A stretch of 64,000 nt of DNA from Lysobacteraceae bacterium (GTDB lineage Bacteria > Pseudomonadota > Gammaproteobacteria > Xanthomonadales > Xanthomonadaceae). The stretch is from positions 2,734-66,733 of the forward strand of contig JBIITV010000003.1 in the NCBI GenBank assembly GCA_044340325.1, written 5' to 3'. The position numbers and the translations under genes are program-made. Positions 11,028 through 20,483 of this stretch are shown in pieces. The notes beneath the pieces are model-generated. The model did no database searches. It saw only the letters and a program-made list of their open reading frames with translations, and had not been told where the DNA came from. Numbering within the stretch: position 1 is the first letter of the stretch; the number at the start of each line of letters is the position of its first letter.

Positions 11028-11936
11028 TCAGGGAATCTGGCAGTTCTTTTCATTGGGTGAGCAGACATATTCGTAGCGCAGCACGCGCGCGGTGGCGTTG
11101 ATGCCGCCGAGCCTGCGGCCGCTCGATCCCGGACCGGAGTTGCGCATGACGTTGGCGATGAACGCGTCTCCCTGCGCTACATCTCCCGTCTGTGGGCCGC
11201 ACCGAGCGTCGTTGCCCGACACCGCGCGACAGGAGGCCGTCGCGATGACGCGGCCGCCCTGGGTCACTGTGGTCGAGGTGTCCCAATCGTCGGCGACCAC
11301 GCGCACTTCGAAAGGCGCCGAACTCAGCGGAAGGGCGATGTCGTAGCCGCAGCGGTTGGCCGGCGATGTGGTCTGGCAGACCAGACCCGGGCCGCTCAGA
11401 TTCACGGTGAAGTTCTCGAAGATCATGCAGGGATAGCGGGTGTCGCGACACATCGGTGTGCCCGCAGGCCAGAAGGTCGGGCCGCGGCCCGACAGGGCCT
11501 GGTAGAGGGCGTTGATGCTGACCTGGCCCGAGCCTACCGCAGCGCTGACATATTCGCCGTAGGTGAACGCCGACGTCGCACTCGCGCCGTAGCCCATGCT
11601 GCCGAGCAGACTTTCCATCGACGCCCCGCGCACCGAGACCGCGATGTGGTCGAGGCCGGCATTGGTGTTGAGGAAGCCGTCGTGGACGATGGTTGCCGTC
11701 AATTCGCTCTGGTCGCCCTGGGCCCAGTTCGGCCCGTTGACGAACAGGACCGCGTCGTTCGGATCGCTGTAGGGGATCATGGGCGACTGGCCCACGGCGG
11801 CAACGCGCGAGACCTGGATCAGCTGCCAACTGCCGGCCAGCACAGGCAGGGCGAGCGCGAGCAGCAGGGTGGCGCCGGCTGCCACTGCGGCGGGACGACG
11901 CAGGGCCGACGGAAGTCTTGTGTTCAAGAGATTCAT
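11028..11936 (-). CDS. Hypothetical secreted Cys-containing protein
   Basis: MNLLNT...LLLALALPVLA signal peptide; natural codon usage; several Cys (CRDTRYPC, CQTTSPANRC, CSPNEKNC); AAGGA upstream of the start. Confidence 0.75.
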   Translation of the reverse strand: MNLLNTRLPSALRRPAAVAAGATLLLALALPVLAGSWQLIQVSRVAAVGQSPMIPYSDPNDAVLFVNGPNWAQGDQSELTATIVHDGFLNTNAGLDHIAVSVRGASMESLLGSMGYGASATSAFTYGEYVSAAVGSGQVSINALYQALSGRGPTFWPAGTPMCRDTRYPCMIFENFTVNLSGPGLVCQTTSPANRCGYDIALPLSSAPFEVRVVADDWDTSTTVTQGGRVIATASCRAVSGNDARCGPQTGDVAQGDAFIANVMRNSGPGSSGRRLGGINATARVLRYEYVCSPNEKNCQIP

Positions 11937-12022
11937 AGAGTCCTTCGCATGGATGGCCGGCCGTATGGACCGCAGGGGGAACCACGCGGCGCCTGGGGAT
12001 GTGCGCCGCATGGGAGCCCGTT

Positions 12023-12275
12023 ACGCGACGGGCTCGCATTCCTCAGCGGATTGCGAAGGAAAACAGGATCAGGCGCGAACGCCTGCGGGCCGCATCAGTC
12101 CGGCAATGCCGCAAGCCTTCTCGCGGACAGCGACATTTCCCTGAGATCCACGGCGGCAACATCGAGATACGCGCCATCGTCTGGAACGTTGTAGTCGAGC
12201 AATCCCATCGAGAACGTGTTGGCCCATTGTTCCGGCAAAGCGACCGAGTACAGCACGGCATTGTCCGGACCGACC
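12023..12275. repeat. Left copy of the mosaic direct repeat (blocks A/B/C) shared with 18108-18549
   Basis: A: 12023-12069 vs 18108-18154 (about 42/47). B: 12069-12086 vs 18295-18312 (18/18). C: 12091-12275 vs 18365-18549 (about 181/185). Confidence 0.95.
12095..12275 (-). pseudogene. 3' remnant of the secreted protein gene at 18369-19313
   Basis: Translates to VGPDNAVLYSVALPEQWANTFSMGLLDYNVPDDGAYLDVAAVDLREMSLSARRLAALPD, nearly identical to that gene's C-terminus; no 5' part present. Confidence 0.9.
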
Positions 12276-12369
12276 GATGCAGCTGCGGCCACCCACCATC
12301 AAGACGTCACCACGCAGTGGGTAGCGGCAAAGAAAAAGAGAAGGGCGCTGTAGAGGATGGCAATATTAA

Positions 12370-12384
12370 AGTTATGTTATAACG
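12370..12384. promoter_or_regulatory. Second Zur-type operator, upstream of the TonB-dependent receptor
   Basis: AGTTATG-T-TATAACG, same 7-1-7 pattern as 6508-6522, in an AT-rich patch. Confidence 0.72.
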
Positions 12385-12500
12385 TACTAGTTGACATGCA
12401 AGTATGCCGATCCCGCTTTCCAAGCCCGCCGAAGGAATGCCATCGGCGGTGCCGACCGATTCGATCGCGCAATTCATTCCGTTTCCTGCAAGAGGTCTTG

Positions 12501-14528
12501 ATGCAAAGGGTATTCACGAAATCAGCGTTGAGCATCTGTGTGTTGCTGGTGCCGGCCTCGGTGGTTGCCGCACAGTCCATCGCGCCGGATGATGCGAGCG
12601 CCGAACGCTTGGACACCGTCGTGGTGATCGGCGAGCGCGGCAAGCGCCAGGCCGATGCCGGCCTTGCCGGCTCGCTCGACACCATCGCCCGCAGCGCGCT
12701 GGAGTACGAGCATGTCGACGACACCAGCGAGCTGTTCAACAAGCTGCCGGGCGTGTATCTCTCGCGTTTCAACCAGGGACTGATCAATTCCGATCTATCG
12801 ATCCGTGGGTTTTCCGGTGATGGCGAAACGCCGCATGCCAAGTTGTTGATCGATGGCATTCCATCCAATCTGCACAATGGCTTCAGCGAGATGGATCAAT
12901 TGTTCCCGATCGGTATCGAGTCGATCGCGGTCTTCAAAGGCACCAGCGACCCGGGCGTCGGCTTGTTCAACATTGCCGGCAATTACCGCATCGAAACGCG
13001 CAGCGACACAGCCGCGCGCGAACTCGAGGTTTCGGTCGGCAGTTTCGATACCCGTGAACTGCAGGGCTATGCGGGTTTTGAGCACGGCGCACTGAAGCAC
13101 AGCTATTTCGCAGGCTATCGCGAGGCCGGCGGCTATCGCGACCATACCGATCTGGAGAAGTACGCGCTGTCGGGTCGGTGGTCCTATGCGCTGGGCGATC
13201 GGACAGCGCTGGCGTTGATCGCACGCGCCGCCGGTTATGAAGGCGATGCCCCGGGATATTTGACCAAGGCGGAATCCAGACGCCTACCGCAGTCGTCTGC
13301 TGAGTATGCCAATCAGGATGGTGGAGACAAACGCACGCGCCACGCCAGTCTGCATTTCGATCATCGATTCGGCGACACCATCGCGCTATCGGCGAAAGCC
13401 TATCTGCAGACCTTCGAGCGCGAGCGCTGGGTGCGCTTTTCCGCCGCCTCCGCGCTTCAGAACCGATACGACGATCAGGATCATCGCGGTGTGATCGCTA
13501 CGTTATCGTGGGACATCGACACGCGCTGGCGGCTGGATGGCGGTGTCGATGCCGAGTTCCAGGACATCATCGAGCAGCGGTTCGGAACGATCGGCCAGGT
13601 GCGGGTACGCGATCCTGCGAACGTGTTGCGCAATCGCGCCTATACATTCGACACGAGCGGTGCGTTCGCACGCATCGGTATGCGCGAAGAAGGCCGATAC
13701 GGCTGGAACGTGGCGATACGCGCGGACCGGATCGATGGCGATTACACGCAGTTCAACGCCGCAGGCGTACCGTCGACGCGCGAAATCTACCGCTTCGGCA
13801 CCATTCTGCAGCCAAAGTTCAACGGATTCGTCAATCTTGGCGAAGACCTGCAGCTGTTCGCAAACGCTGGGCGTTCCTTCCAGCATCCGTTCGGTGCGGA
13901 TGCCTATACTGCAGGCGATCGCGGTGCGCGCGATGTCTCCGTCAACGACGGTTGGGAGCTTGGCGCGAAATGGCGCTCGACGGATGCGCTGGAGCTGCGT
14001 CTGTCGTACTGGGAGCAGAAGGCGAAGGACGAATTCGTGGTGGTCGACGGCGTCGTGCAGAATGTCGGCCGCACCGCGCGCGATGGTCTGGACTTCGCAT
14101 TCAACTGGAGTGCCGGCGAGCGCTGGTACGTGTGGGGCAACTTGACTACGGTCGACAGCCGTATCGAGCGCCCGGCGCAGAACCGCGAAGCCTATATCGG
14201 CAATGCATTGCGCGGCGTGCCGACGCGGACCGGCTCGCTGGGTGTGGACTTCGATCCTACAGATGCGATCACCGCACGCGTGCATGTGGACCATCAGGGC
14301 GACTATCACGTCAACGAAGCCAATCTGGGTGGCCGTTTCGGTGACTACACACTCACCCATGCGAGTCTCGACTGGCGTCTCGGCTGGGGGACATTGGGAT
14401 TTCAGGTCCAAAATCTGTTCGATCGCTATTACGAATATGTGTTCGACTTCAGCGAGAACGGCACTGGAACCATCCATTCGCCGGGAGATGGTCGCGCGTT
14501 CGGCGTGTCGTTGAAGCTGGAGTTCTGA
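12501..14528 (+). CDS. TonB-dependent receptor, probably zinc-limitation induced
   Basis: Signal peptide, DTVVVIG TonB-box-like segment, plug (LSIRGF...LLIDGIP), terminal NLFDRYY...SLKLEF with C-terminal Phe. Confidence 0.93.
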   Translation: MQRVFTKSALSICVLLVPASVVAAQSIAPDDASAERLDTVVVIGERGKRQADAGLAGSLDTIARSALEYEHVDDTSELFNKLPGVYLSRFNQGLINSDLSIRGFSGDGETPHAKLLIDGIPSNLHNGFSEMDQLFPIGIESIAVFKGTSDPGVGLFNIAGNYRIETRSDTAARELEVSVGSFDTRELQGYAGFEHGALKHSYFAGYREAGGYRDHTDLEKYALSGRWSYALGDRTALALIARAAGYEGDAPGYLTKAESRRLPQSSAEYANQDGGDKRTRHASLHFDHRFGDTIALSAKAYLQTFERERWVRFSAASALQNRYDDQDHRGVIATLSWDIDTRWRLDGGVDAEFQDIIEQRFGTIGQVRVRDPANVLRNRAYTFDTSGAFARIGMREEGRYGWNVAIRADRIDGDYTQFNAAGVPSTREIYRFGTILQPKFNGFVNLGEDLQLFANAGRSFQHPFGADAYTAGDRGARDVSVNDGWELGAKWRSTDALELRLSYWEQKAKDEFVVVDGVVQNVGRTARDGLDFAFNWSAGERWYVWGNLTTVDSRIERPAQNREAYIGNALRGVPTRTGSLGVDFDPTDAITARVHVDHQGDYHVNEANLGGRFGDYTLTHASLDWRLGWGTLGFQVQNLFDRYYEYVFDFSENGTGTIHSPGDGRAFGVSLKLEF

Positions 14529-14530
14529 TC

Positions 14531-15268
14531 ATGCGCGCAGCGGATTCGAGGCCCATGGTCGTGGTCGAACGGTTGCATTTCGGCTACAGCGATACGATGG
14601 TGCTGGACGGGATCGATCTGCAGGTGATGCCCGGCGAGGTGTTTGCCATTCTCGGCGGCAACGGCGCCGGAAAATCCACGTTGCTGAATTTGATGCTGGG
14701 CCTGCTGCGCCCCAACGACGGCCGGATCTTGATCGGCGGCCGTGATCCGGCAGTCGATCCCGAAGGCGTTCGCCGCGTCCTCGCCTATGTGCCCGAAACG
14801 GCTGCGGTGTACCCGCACCTCAGCGGCATCGAGAACCTGCGTTACTTTCTCGACATCGCCGGTGTCCGTAAAGCCAGGGGCGACATCGTGGCTGCGCTGG
14901 AGACGGTGGGCCTGCAGTCCCAGGCATGGGACCGACGCGCCAGCGATTACTCCAAGGGCATGCGTCAGAAGCTGGTGTTGGCCTTGGCACTTCTGCGCGA
15001 CGTGCAACTGCTGCTGATGGATGAGCCGGGCTCTGGTCTGGATCCCGACGCGGATGCTCAGCTCGCGTCGCTGATCGCGAAAATGCGCGACGAAGGCCGC
15101 AGTGTGGTGCTGGTGAGTCACGATCTGCAAGCGGTGTCTGCGCTGGCGGATCGCTATGTGTTTCTCGCTGCGGGCGGGATCGCGCGTCAGGGGCGGGATC
15201 TGTCCGAGGTCGGCCGCGATCTTGCCGCGCTGCATGCGCTGTATGCGCGGCATGTGGTGCGCGAGTGA
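14531..15268 (+). CDS. ABC transporter ATP-binding protein (ABC-2/exporter class)
   Basis: GGNGAGKST Walker A, YSKGMRQK signature, LLLMDEP Walker B, VSHD. Confidence 0.95.
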   Translation: MRAADSRPMVVVERLHFGYSDTMVLDGIDLQVMPGEVFAILGGNGAGKSTLLNLMLGLLRPNDGRILIGGRDPAVDPEGVRRVLAYVPETAAVYPHLSGIENLRYFLDIAGVRKARGDIVAALETVGLQSQAWDRRASDYSKGMRQKLVLALALLRDVQLLLMDEPGSGLDPDADAQLASLIAKMRDEGRSVVLVSHDLQAVSALADRYVFLAAGGIARQGRDLSEVGRDLAALHALYARHVVRE

Positions 15269-16695
15269 GCATGTCCATGCTCGGACAGGCGCGAATCATC
15301 GCTGCTGCGGAATGCCGACGGCTGTTGCGGGATCGGTCTGTCGTGTATGCATTCGCCATCGTCCTGCTGCTCGGCGTCGTTTCGTTGGTCGTCACATATC
15401 AGCGTCACGCGCAGCTGCAGGCGCAACAAACCGCGTACGCGGCCATTGCCGACACGCAGTGGCAGGCGCAGCCGGACCGTCATCCGCATCGCGTTGTGCA
15501 TTCCGGCGATTTCGTATTCAAGCCGTCGTCGCTTCTGGCATCGTTGGACTGGGGTGTGGAATCGCACACCGGTCGATCGCTGTTTCTGGAAGGGCATCGG
15601 CAGAACACCGCCAACTTCAGTGAAACCGGACAGGCAGGCGCATTGCTGCGTTTCGGTCAACTCACACCTGCGATGGTGATCCTGCAGCTGTTGCCGCTGG
15701 TGCTGATATTCGCAGGGTTCGGCGCAGTCGCCGGCGAACGGCAATCAGGCGTGCTGCGCACCTTGATTGTCTCCGGTGCGCGTGGGCAGTCTGTGCTGGT
15801 CGGAAAGTACTTCGCGCTGCTGCTGCCCGCCGTTGCCGCTCTGTCGCCGCTGCCGGTCGCAATGATGTGGATGGGCGTCTCCGATACCGATCAACTGTTG
15901 CGCGCTGCGTTGCTGTGCGCGACCTATGCGGTGTATCTGGCGTTGTGGTGCGCGATGATTACGGCGATATCGTCGCTGTCGCGAAGTGCATATGCTGCGT
16001 TACTGACATTGCTGTGTCTATGGATGGTGTGGTGTGTGGCGATGCCGCGCGCTGGTCCGACCTTCGCTGCACTGTCGCATCCGGCGCCGAGCCGCGCGGT
16101 CATGGACATGCGCGCCGAGCAGGCGCTGAAGAAGATCGGCGACAGCCACAATCCGGACGATCCGCATTTCGCGGCTTTCCGTGCGCGGACGTTGGCCCGC
16201 TACGGTGTCGAGAGGATCGAGGATCTGCCGGTGAACTACGGCGGATTGCTGATGATCGAGGGCGAACGTCTTACCAGCGAGGTCTATGCACGCGAAGTCG
16301 AAGCGCTGAACGCGCGACATGCAGAACAGAATCGTCTGGTGGATGCATGGGCATGGTTCGCGCCAGCGATGGCGGCCGGTGTGGCTTCACGGTCGCTTGC
16401 GGGCACCGACGCAGATCATTACCGTCATTTCGTGGCAGCAGCCGAGCGCCGGCGCTATGCGCTGGTGCAATCGCTGAACCATCTTCACGCCGAGAAAATC
16501 GCCTACCGCAACGATCGCGAACAGCGCCTGCACGCCGGTCACTGGGATAAGGTGCCGCGCGAGGAATACGCCGCGCCAGGTCTCGGATTCGCCGCGGCAA
16601 GGCTATGGCCGGCATTGTTGGCGCTGCTGCTGTGGTCCGCGCTATCGGGTGCGCTGTTGCTCTGGTGCGGGCAGCGTCTGGCGCGCAGCGCATGA
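15265..16695 (+). CDS. ABC-2-type permease, DUF3526-like
   Basis: Multiple TM helices, AGERQSGVLRTL motif, periplasmic QPDRHPHRVVHSG and SHNPDDPHF. Confidence 0.85.
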   Translation: MSMSMLGQARIIAAAECRRLLRDRSVVYAFAIVLLLGVVSLVVTYQRHAQLQAQQTAYAAIADTQWQAQPDRHPHRVVHSGDFVFKPSSLLASLDWGVESHTGRSLFLEGHRQNTANFSETGQAGALLRFGQLTPAMVILQLLPLVLIFAGFGAVAGERQSGVLRTLIVSGARGQSVLVGKYFALLLPAVAALSPLPVAMMWMGVSDTDQLLRAALLCATYAVYLALWCAMITAISSLSRSAYAALLTLLCLWMVWCVAMPRAGPTFAALSHPAPSRAVMDMRAEQALKKIGDSHNPDDPHFAAFRARTLARYGVERIEDLPVNYGGLLMIEGERLTSEVYAREVEALNARHAEQNRLVDAWAWFAPAMAAGVASRSLAGTDADHYRHFVAAAERRRYALVQSLNHLHAEKIAYRNDREQRLHAGHWDKVPREEYAAPGLGFAAARLWPALLALLLWSALSGALLLWCGQRLARSA

Positions 16696-18080
16696 TTCGG
16701 TCGCCTTCGATGCAGGAGATGATGATCCACGAGCTTCGTCTGCTGTTGCGCTCGCAATGGGTACGGGCGGCATTGCTGGCGACTGCCGTCGCTGTGGCGG
16801 TTTCGCTGTGGCTGGGTTGGGCGGTCGTGGCGAAACGTCAGCTCGATGTCGAGCAGGCGTCTGCGCTGCAGTCCGCACAGCATGACGATTATCTGAGCCG
16901 CTATCCGCAGGGTTTGCCGGATGCAGGCGATGTGGCCTACTACACATTCCACGTGGTTTCCGATTCGCCAGGCCCATTGGCGTGGTTGTCGCTGGGCGAT
17001 CGCGATACGCGACCTGCGGTGCAGCGGATACGGATGCTGGCCCTGCAGTCGCAGATCTACGACGGTGAGGCCAACAATCCGGAGCAGTCCGCTGCGGGCA
17101 CATTCGATTTTGGGTTCGCGGTGGTATTCCTGCTGCCGCTGCTGTGCATCTGCCTGTGCCACGACTTGGCTACCCAGGACCGCGAACATGGGCGCGACAA
17201 GCTGCTGTCGTCGCTGATCGCGTCCACGCGCAGCTACTGGTCGCGGCGGATCGCGGCGCGCTATCTGTTGGCGTGCGCTGCCGCTCTGTTGCCGTTGTTG
17301 CTGTTTTGCGCAGCGACCGGCAATTGGCCGCCGGCGCTGTGGCTGGTTATCCTGGCTGTCGCGCTGTATGCCGCCGTGTGGACGGCGGCCTGCGCATGGA
17401 TCAGTCTGCGGTGGCGGACATCCACATCGATGGCCAATGCAATGGCCATGCTGGCGCTGTGGGTCGCGACCACCATGGCGCTGCCCGCGCTGGCGGGTTC
17501 GCTGGTCGCGCTGTGGTCGCCGATGCCGTCGGGCAGCGAAATCGCGCTGGCGCACCGAAAACTTTTGAACGATGCGTGGGACCTGCCGAAGGAAGCCACA
17601 TTCGAGGCGTTTTTCGACGCGCATCCGGAGTGGCGCGGGACGCCGCCGGTGACCGGAAGATTTCATTGGAAGTGGTACTACGCCTTCCATCATGTGGCCG
17701 ACCTGCACGTCGAACCGAAAGTAGCTGCGGCCGATGCGGCGATGCGCGCCCGCGCCCGTTCCGGCGCGCGTATCGGCCTGCTGTTACCGCCGGTGGCGAT
17801 GCAGCGACTGATGGATGGTTTCGCCGACAACGGCATGGAGCGCCTGGCCGATCAGCGCGCGGCGGTGCGCGCATTCCATGATCGGCTGCGCTTGCATTTC
17901 TATCCGTTCCTGTTCGAAGAGCGACCATTCACTGCGGAGGATTTTGCGGCGATGCCCGTTCCGCATGCCGCGCCGGATCGGATCCGGCACGCACCTTTGT
18001 CGTGGATCGGGCTGATGCTGTTGTTGTCGCTCGTGCTGATCGCACTGTCGCGACAAATCTCGCGGCGATCATTCGCGTGA
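16692..18080 (+). CDS. Second ABC-2-type permease, DUF3526-like
   Basis: FDFGFAVVFLLPLL, DREHGRDKLL, FHWKWYYAFHH; ATGA coupling to the first permease. Confidence 0.85.
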   Translation: MIRSPSMQEMMIHELRLLLRSQWVRAALLATAVAVAVSLWLGWAVVAKRQLDVEQASALQSAQHDDYLSRYPQGLPDAGDVAYYTFHVVSDSPGPLAWLSLGDRDTRPAVQRIRMLALQSQIYDGEANNPEQSAAGTFDFGFAVVFLLPLLCICLCHDLATQDREHGRDKLLSSLIASTRSYWSRRIAARYLLACAAALLPLLLFCAATGNWPPALWLVILAVALYAAVWTAACAWISLRWRTSTSMANAMAMLALWVATTMALPALAGSLVALWSPMPSGSEIALAHRKLLNDAWDLPKEATFEAFFDAHPEWRGTPPVTGRFHWKWYYAFHHVADLHVEPKVAAADAAMRARARSGARIGLLLPPVAMQRLMDGFADNGMERLADQRAAVRAFHDRLRLHFYPFLFEERPFTAEDFAAMPVPHAAPDRIRHAPLSWIGLMLLLSLVLIALSRQISRRSFA

Positions 18081-18107
18081 ATGCGGGTATTGTCGAACCC
18101 GCTGGCC

Positions 18108-18549
18108 ACGCGACGGGCTCCCTTACCTCAGCGGTTTGCGGAGGAAAACAGGATTGGCAGCCTGGTGATGCAGCCGTGGATGGGTGTGTCGGCGAAGCTA
18201 GCGCGTAAGCGATTGCGTCGCCGTGAGCACGTCCGGGCATGTGCTGGATGTACGAACTGAAATACCTCCTTGATGGAGGCATTTCAGCAAACTGTCAGGC
18301 GCGAACGCCTGCTTGCCGGCGCTCCGTACGAAGACGCGCGCAACACCGATGCATCTTGGCGGATCGCATCAGTCCGGCAATGCCGCAAGCCTTTTGGCGG
18401 ACAGCGACATTTCCCTGAGATCCACGGCGGCAACGTCGAGATACGCGCCATCGTCTGGAACGTTGTAGTCGAGCAATCCCATCGAGAACGTATTGGCCCA
18501 TTGTTCCGGCAAAGCGACCGAGTACAGCACGGCATTGTCCGGACCGACC
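18108..18549. repeat. Right copy of the mosaic direct repeat
   Basis: Same A/B/C blocks, order and orientation as 12023-12275, but with 140-bp and 52-bp spacers that are absent or reduced on the left. Confidence 0.95.
18257..18287 (-). terminator. 13-bp stem hairpin downstream of the minus-strand secreted-protein genes
   Basis: Minus strand ctgaaatgcctcc-atcaa-ggaggtatttcag. The single mismatch is a G-U pair only on the minus strand. The U-tract is weak. Confidence 0.5.
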
Positions 18550-19313
18550 ACTTCGAGTACGGAATCGATGCTGCGGTAGAAGCCGTCGCCCGCATAGAAA
18601 GACCCGTTGACGCTCTGGGTCCAGCGCAGCGCGATGCCGGTTGCGCCCGATGGGCTTTGCAGCGGAATGATGGCCACCACGTCATCGATCAGCGCCGGTT
18701 TGGTGCCGTCCGGAATGGCGCGCGATTCGATCACTTCGAGTCTCGCCGGGCCTTCCTTGTCGCGCTGGATCTTGCGCACGCGGTAAATGGCCGATGCGGA
18801 TTTGGCCGTGCCCGGGTCTGTCTGCGTGCTGCGGTTGAAATCCAGCTGCACCACGTCGAACCAGTCGTCCTGGTTGGCGGGCGATACATCCCTGATCTCG
18901 AAACGCAGCGTGTATTCGACGCGGAGGCCCTGCTCTGCGACGGCCGGCATCCATGGAAGCGCGACGATGCCGAAGCCGCTCTTCGGCGCGTACAGCGGAC
19001 TCAGCTGCAGATTCCCGTCGGACGTGTGGCCCGTCAGAATCGGCAGTCGATCCTGGCATTTGCCGGTGCTCGGCTGCCGGGATGTTGTCGCCCGCTGCGC
19101 CGGTGCGATGAGTCCGATCAGGTCCTGATGGCCGGCGAACGTGTAGCTGGCTTTGAACCACAGCGGGGTTGCGGAGGCAGATCCCGAGACAGATGCGGAC
19201 GCAGTGCGGCCATCAAGCGGGTCCAGCTCGACAGGTTCCATCGGGCATGGCGGGAAGGCCAAGGCAGTCGGAGCCCAGGCCAGCAGCAGTGCGAGGGGGA
19301 GATGGCGTTTCAT
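18369..19313 (-). CDS. Hypothetical secreted protein, paralog 1 (mature N-terminus FPPCP)
   Basis: MKRHLPLALLLAWAPTALA signal peptide; beta-rich; roughly 60% identical by eye to 19381-20328. Confidence 0.85.
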   Translation of the reverse strand: MKRHLPLALLLAWAPTALAFPPCPMEPVELDPLDGRTASASVSGSASATPLWFKASYTFAGHQDLIGLIAPAQRATTSRQPSTGKCQDRLPILTGHTSDGNLQLSPLYAPKSGFGIVALPWMPAVAEQGLRVEYTLRFEIRDVSPANQDDWFDVVQLDFNRSTQTDPGTAKSASAIYRVRKIQRDKEGPARLEVIESRAIPDGTKPALIDDVVAIIPLQSPSGATGIALRWTQSVNGSFYAGDGFYRSIDSVLEVVGPDNAVLYSVALPEQWANTFSMGLLDYNVPDDGAYLDVAAVDLREMSLSAKRLAALPD

Positions 19314-19335
19314 GATGAGAATCCTCAAGAATGTG

Positions 19336-19363
19336 GGAATCCTGCAGTAGGTGAAGAGCGCAT
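19336..19363 (-). promoter_or_regulatory. Conserved leader motif of paralog 1 (second copy at 20347-20374)
   Basis: GGAATCCTGCAGT-NN-GTGAAGA-N-CGCAT (plus strand), 25/28 identical, about 20 bp upstream of both paralog starts. Confidence 0.45.
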
Positions 19364-19380
19364 GAGCTGCGCGCGTCGCA

Positions 19381-20328
19381 TCAGTCCGGAAATGCTGGAA
19401 GCGTACTGGCGGACAGCAGCATTTCGCTGAATTCGACAGCGGCATTTCCGGGACGGGCGCTGTCGCCGGGAACGTTGTAGTCGAGCAATCCCATCGAAAA
19501 CGTATTGGCCCATTGTTCCGGCAAGGCGACCGAATACAGCACCGTGCCGCTGGGACCGACCACCTCGAACACGGAATCGATGTTTCGGTAAATGTCACTG
19601 CCCGCCCCGAGAAATCCGTTTTCGGCCTGTGTCCAGCGAAGCGCGATGGGGGTCGCGCCATGTGCGCTCTGCAGCGGAATGACGGCAACGACGCGATCCG
19701 GCAGCGCCGTATCTTGGCCGGAATTCGAGGCGTTGGTGTTTGAGGACATCCGCGATTCGATCACTTCGAGCGTCGCCGGGCCTTCCCTGTTGCGCTGGAT
19801 CTTGCGCACACGGTAAATGGCCGATGCCGATTTGGCCGATAGCGGCCCTGTCTGCGCGCTGCGGTTGAAATCCAGTTGCACCACGTCGAGCCAGTCGCCC
19901 CGCTGGGCCGGCGACGTATCCGCGATCTGGAAGCTCAGCGTGTATTGGAGGCGGAGGCCGTGGCCTGCGACGGCCGGCATCCATGGAAGCACGACGATTC
20001 CGAAGCCGCCTTTGGGCGCATACGCCGGACTGAGCTGCAGAAGGCCGGTGGAGGTGTGGCCCTCTGGAATCGGTAGTGTGCCATCGCACAGGCCGGTGCC
20101 CGGCTGTCGGGGTCCCTGCAATACCAATGAGATCAGGCGGATCATGTCCGGATGACCGACGAGCGTGTAGCCGGCTTTGAACCACAGCGGGGTTGCCGAT
20201 GCAGATGCGGGCGCAATGGGGCCATCAAGCGGGCCCAGTTCGACTGGTTCCAGCGGGCATGGCGGAAAGGCCAGGGCGGCCGGAGCCCAGGCCAGCAGCA
20301 GTGCGAGGGGGAGGTTGCGTTTGAACAT
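19381..20328 (-). CDS. Hypothetical secreted protein, paralog 2
   Basis: MFKRNLPLALLLAWAPAALA-FPPCP; shares IYRVRKIQR and SVALPEQWANTFSMGLLDYNVP with paralog 1. Confidence 0.85.
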   Translation of the reverse strand: MFKRNLPLALLLAWAPAALAFPPCPLEPVELGPLDGPIAPASASATPLWFKAGYTLVGHPDMIRLISLVLQGPRQPGTGLCDGTLPIPEGHTSTGLLQLSPAYAPKGGFGIVVLPWMPAVAGHGLRLQYTLSFQIADTSPAQRGDWLDVVQLDFNRSAQTGPLSAKSASAIYRVRKIQRNREGPATLEVIESRMSSNTNASNSGQDTALPDRVVAVIPLQSAHGATPIALRWTQAENGFLGAGSDIYRNIDSVFEVVGPSGTVLYSVALPEQWANTFSMGLLDYNVPGDSARPGNAAVEFSEMLLSASTLPAFPD

Positions 20329-20483
20329 GAAACTCTCCAAGCGTGAGGAATCCTGCAGTGAGTGAAGACCGCATATCCTGTGCGCGCCCTGTGTATCGCC
20401 GGCCGGAGTCGTCTGGGGCCGGGTGTTGTGGATCGTTTTGTGTGCAGCCAGTCTGGTTAATCGTATTACGGCCTCAAACAGGA

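Noticed and set aside
12391-12396. Perfect TTGACA -35 element next to the Zur box
   Set aside because: No credible -10 at 16-18 bp spacing, so no promoter was called.
18257-18300. Sequestered AAGGAGGT Shine-Dalgarno as a riboswitch or type I toxin leader
   Set aside because: No start codon at a usable distance on either strand; treated as a probable terminator.
12023-18549. IS/transposon or prophage att sites explaining the direct repeat
   Set aside because: No transposase, integrase, terminal inverted repeats or tRNA target; the repeat is host coding sequence.
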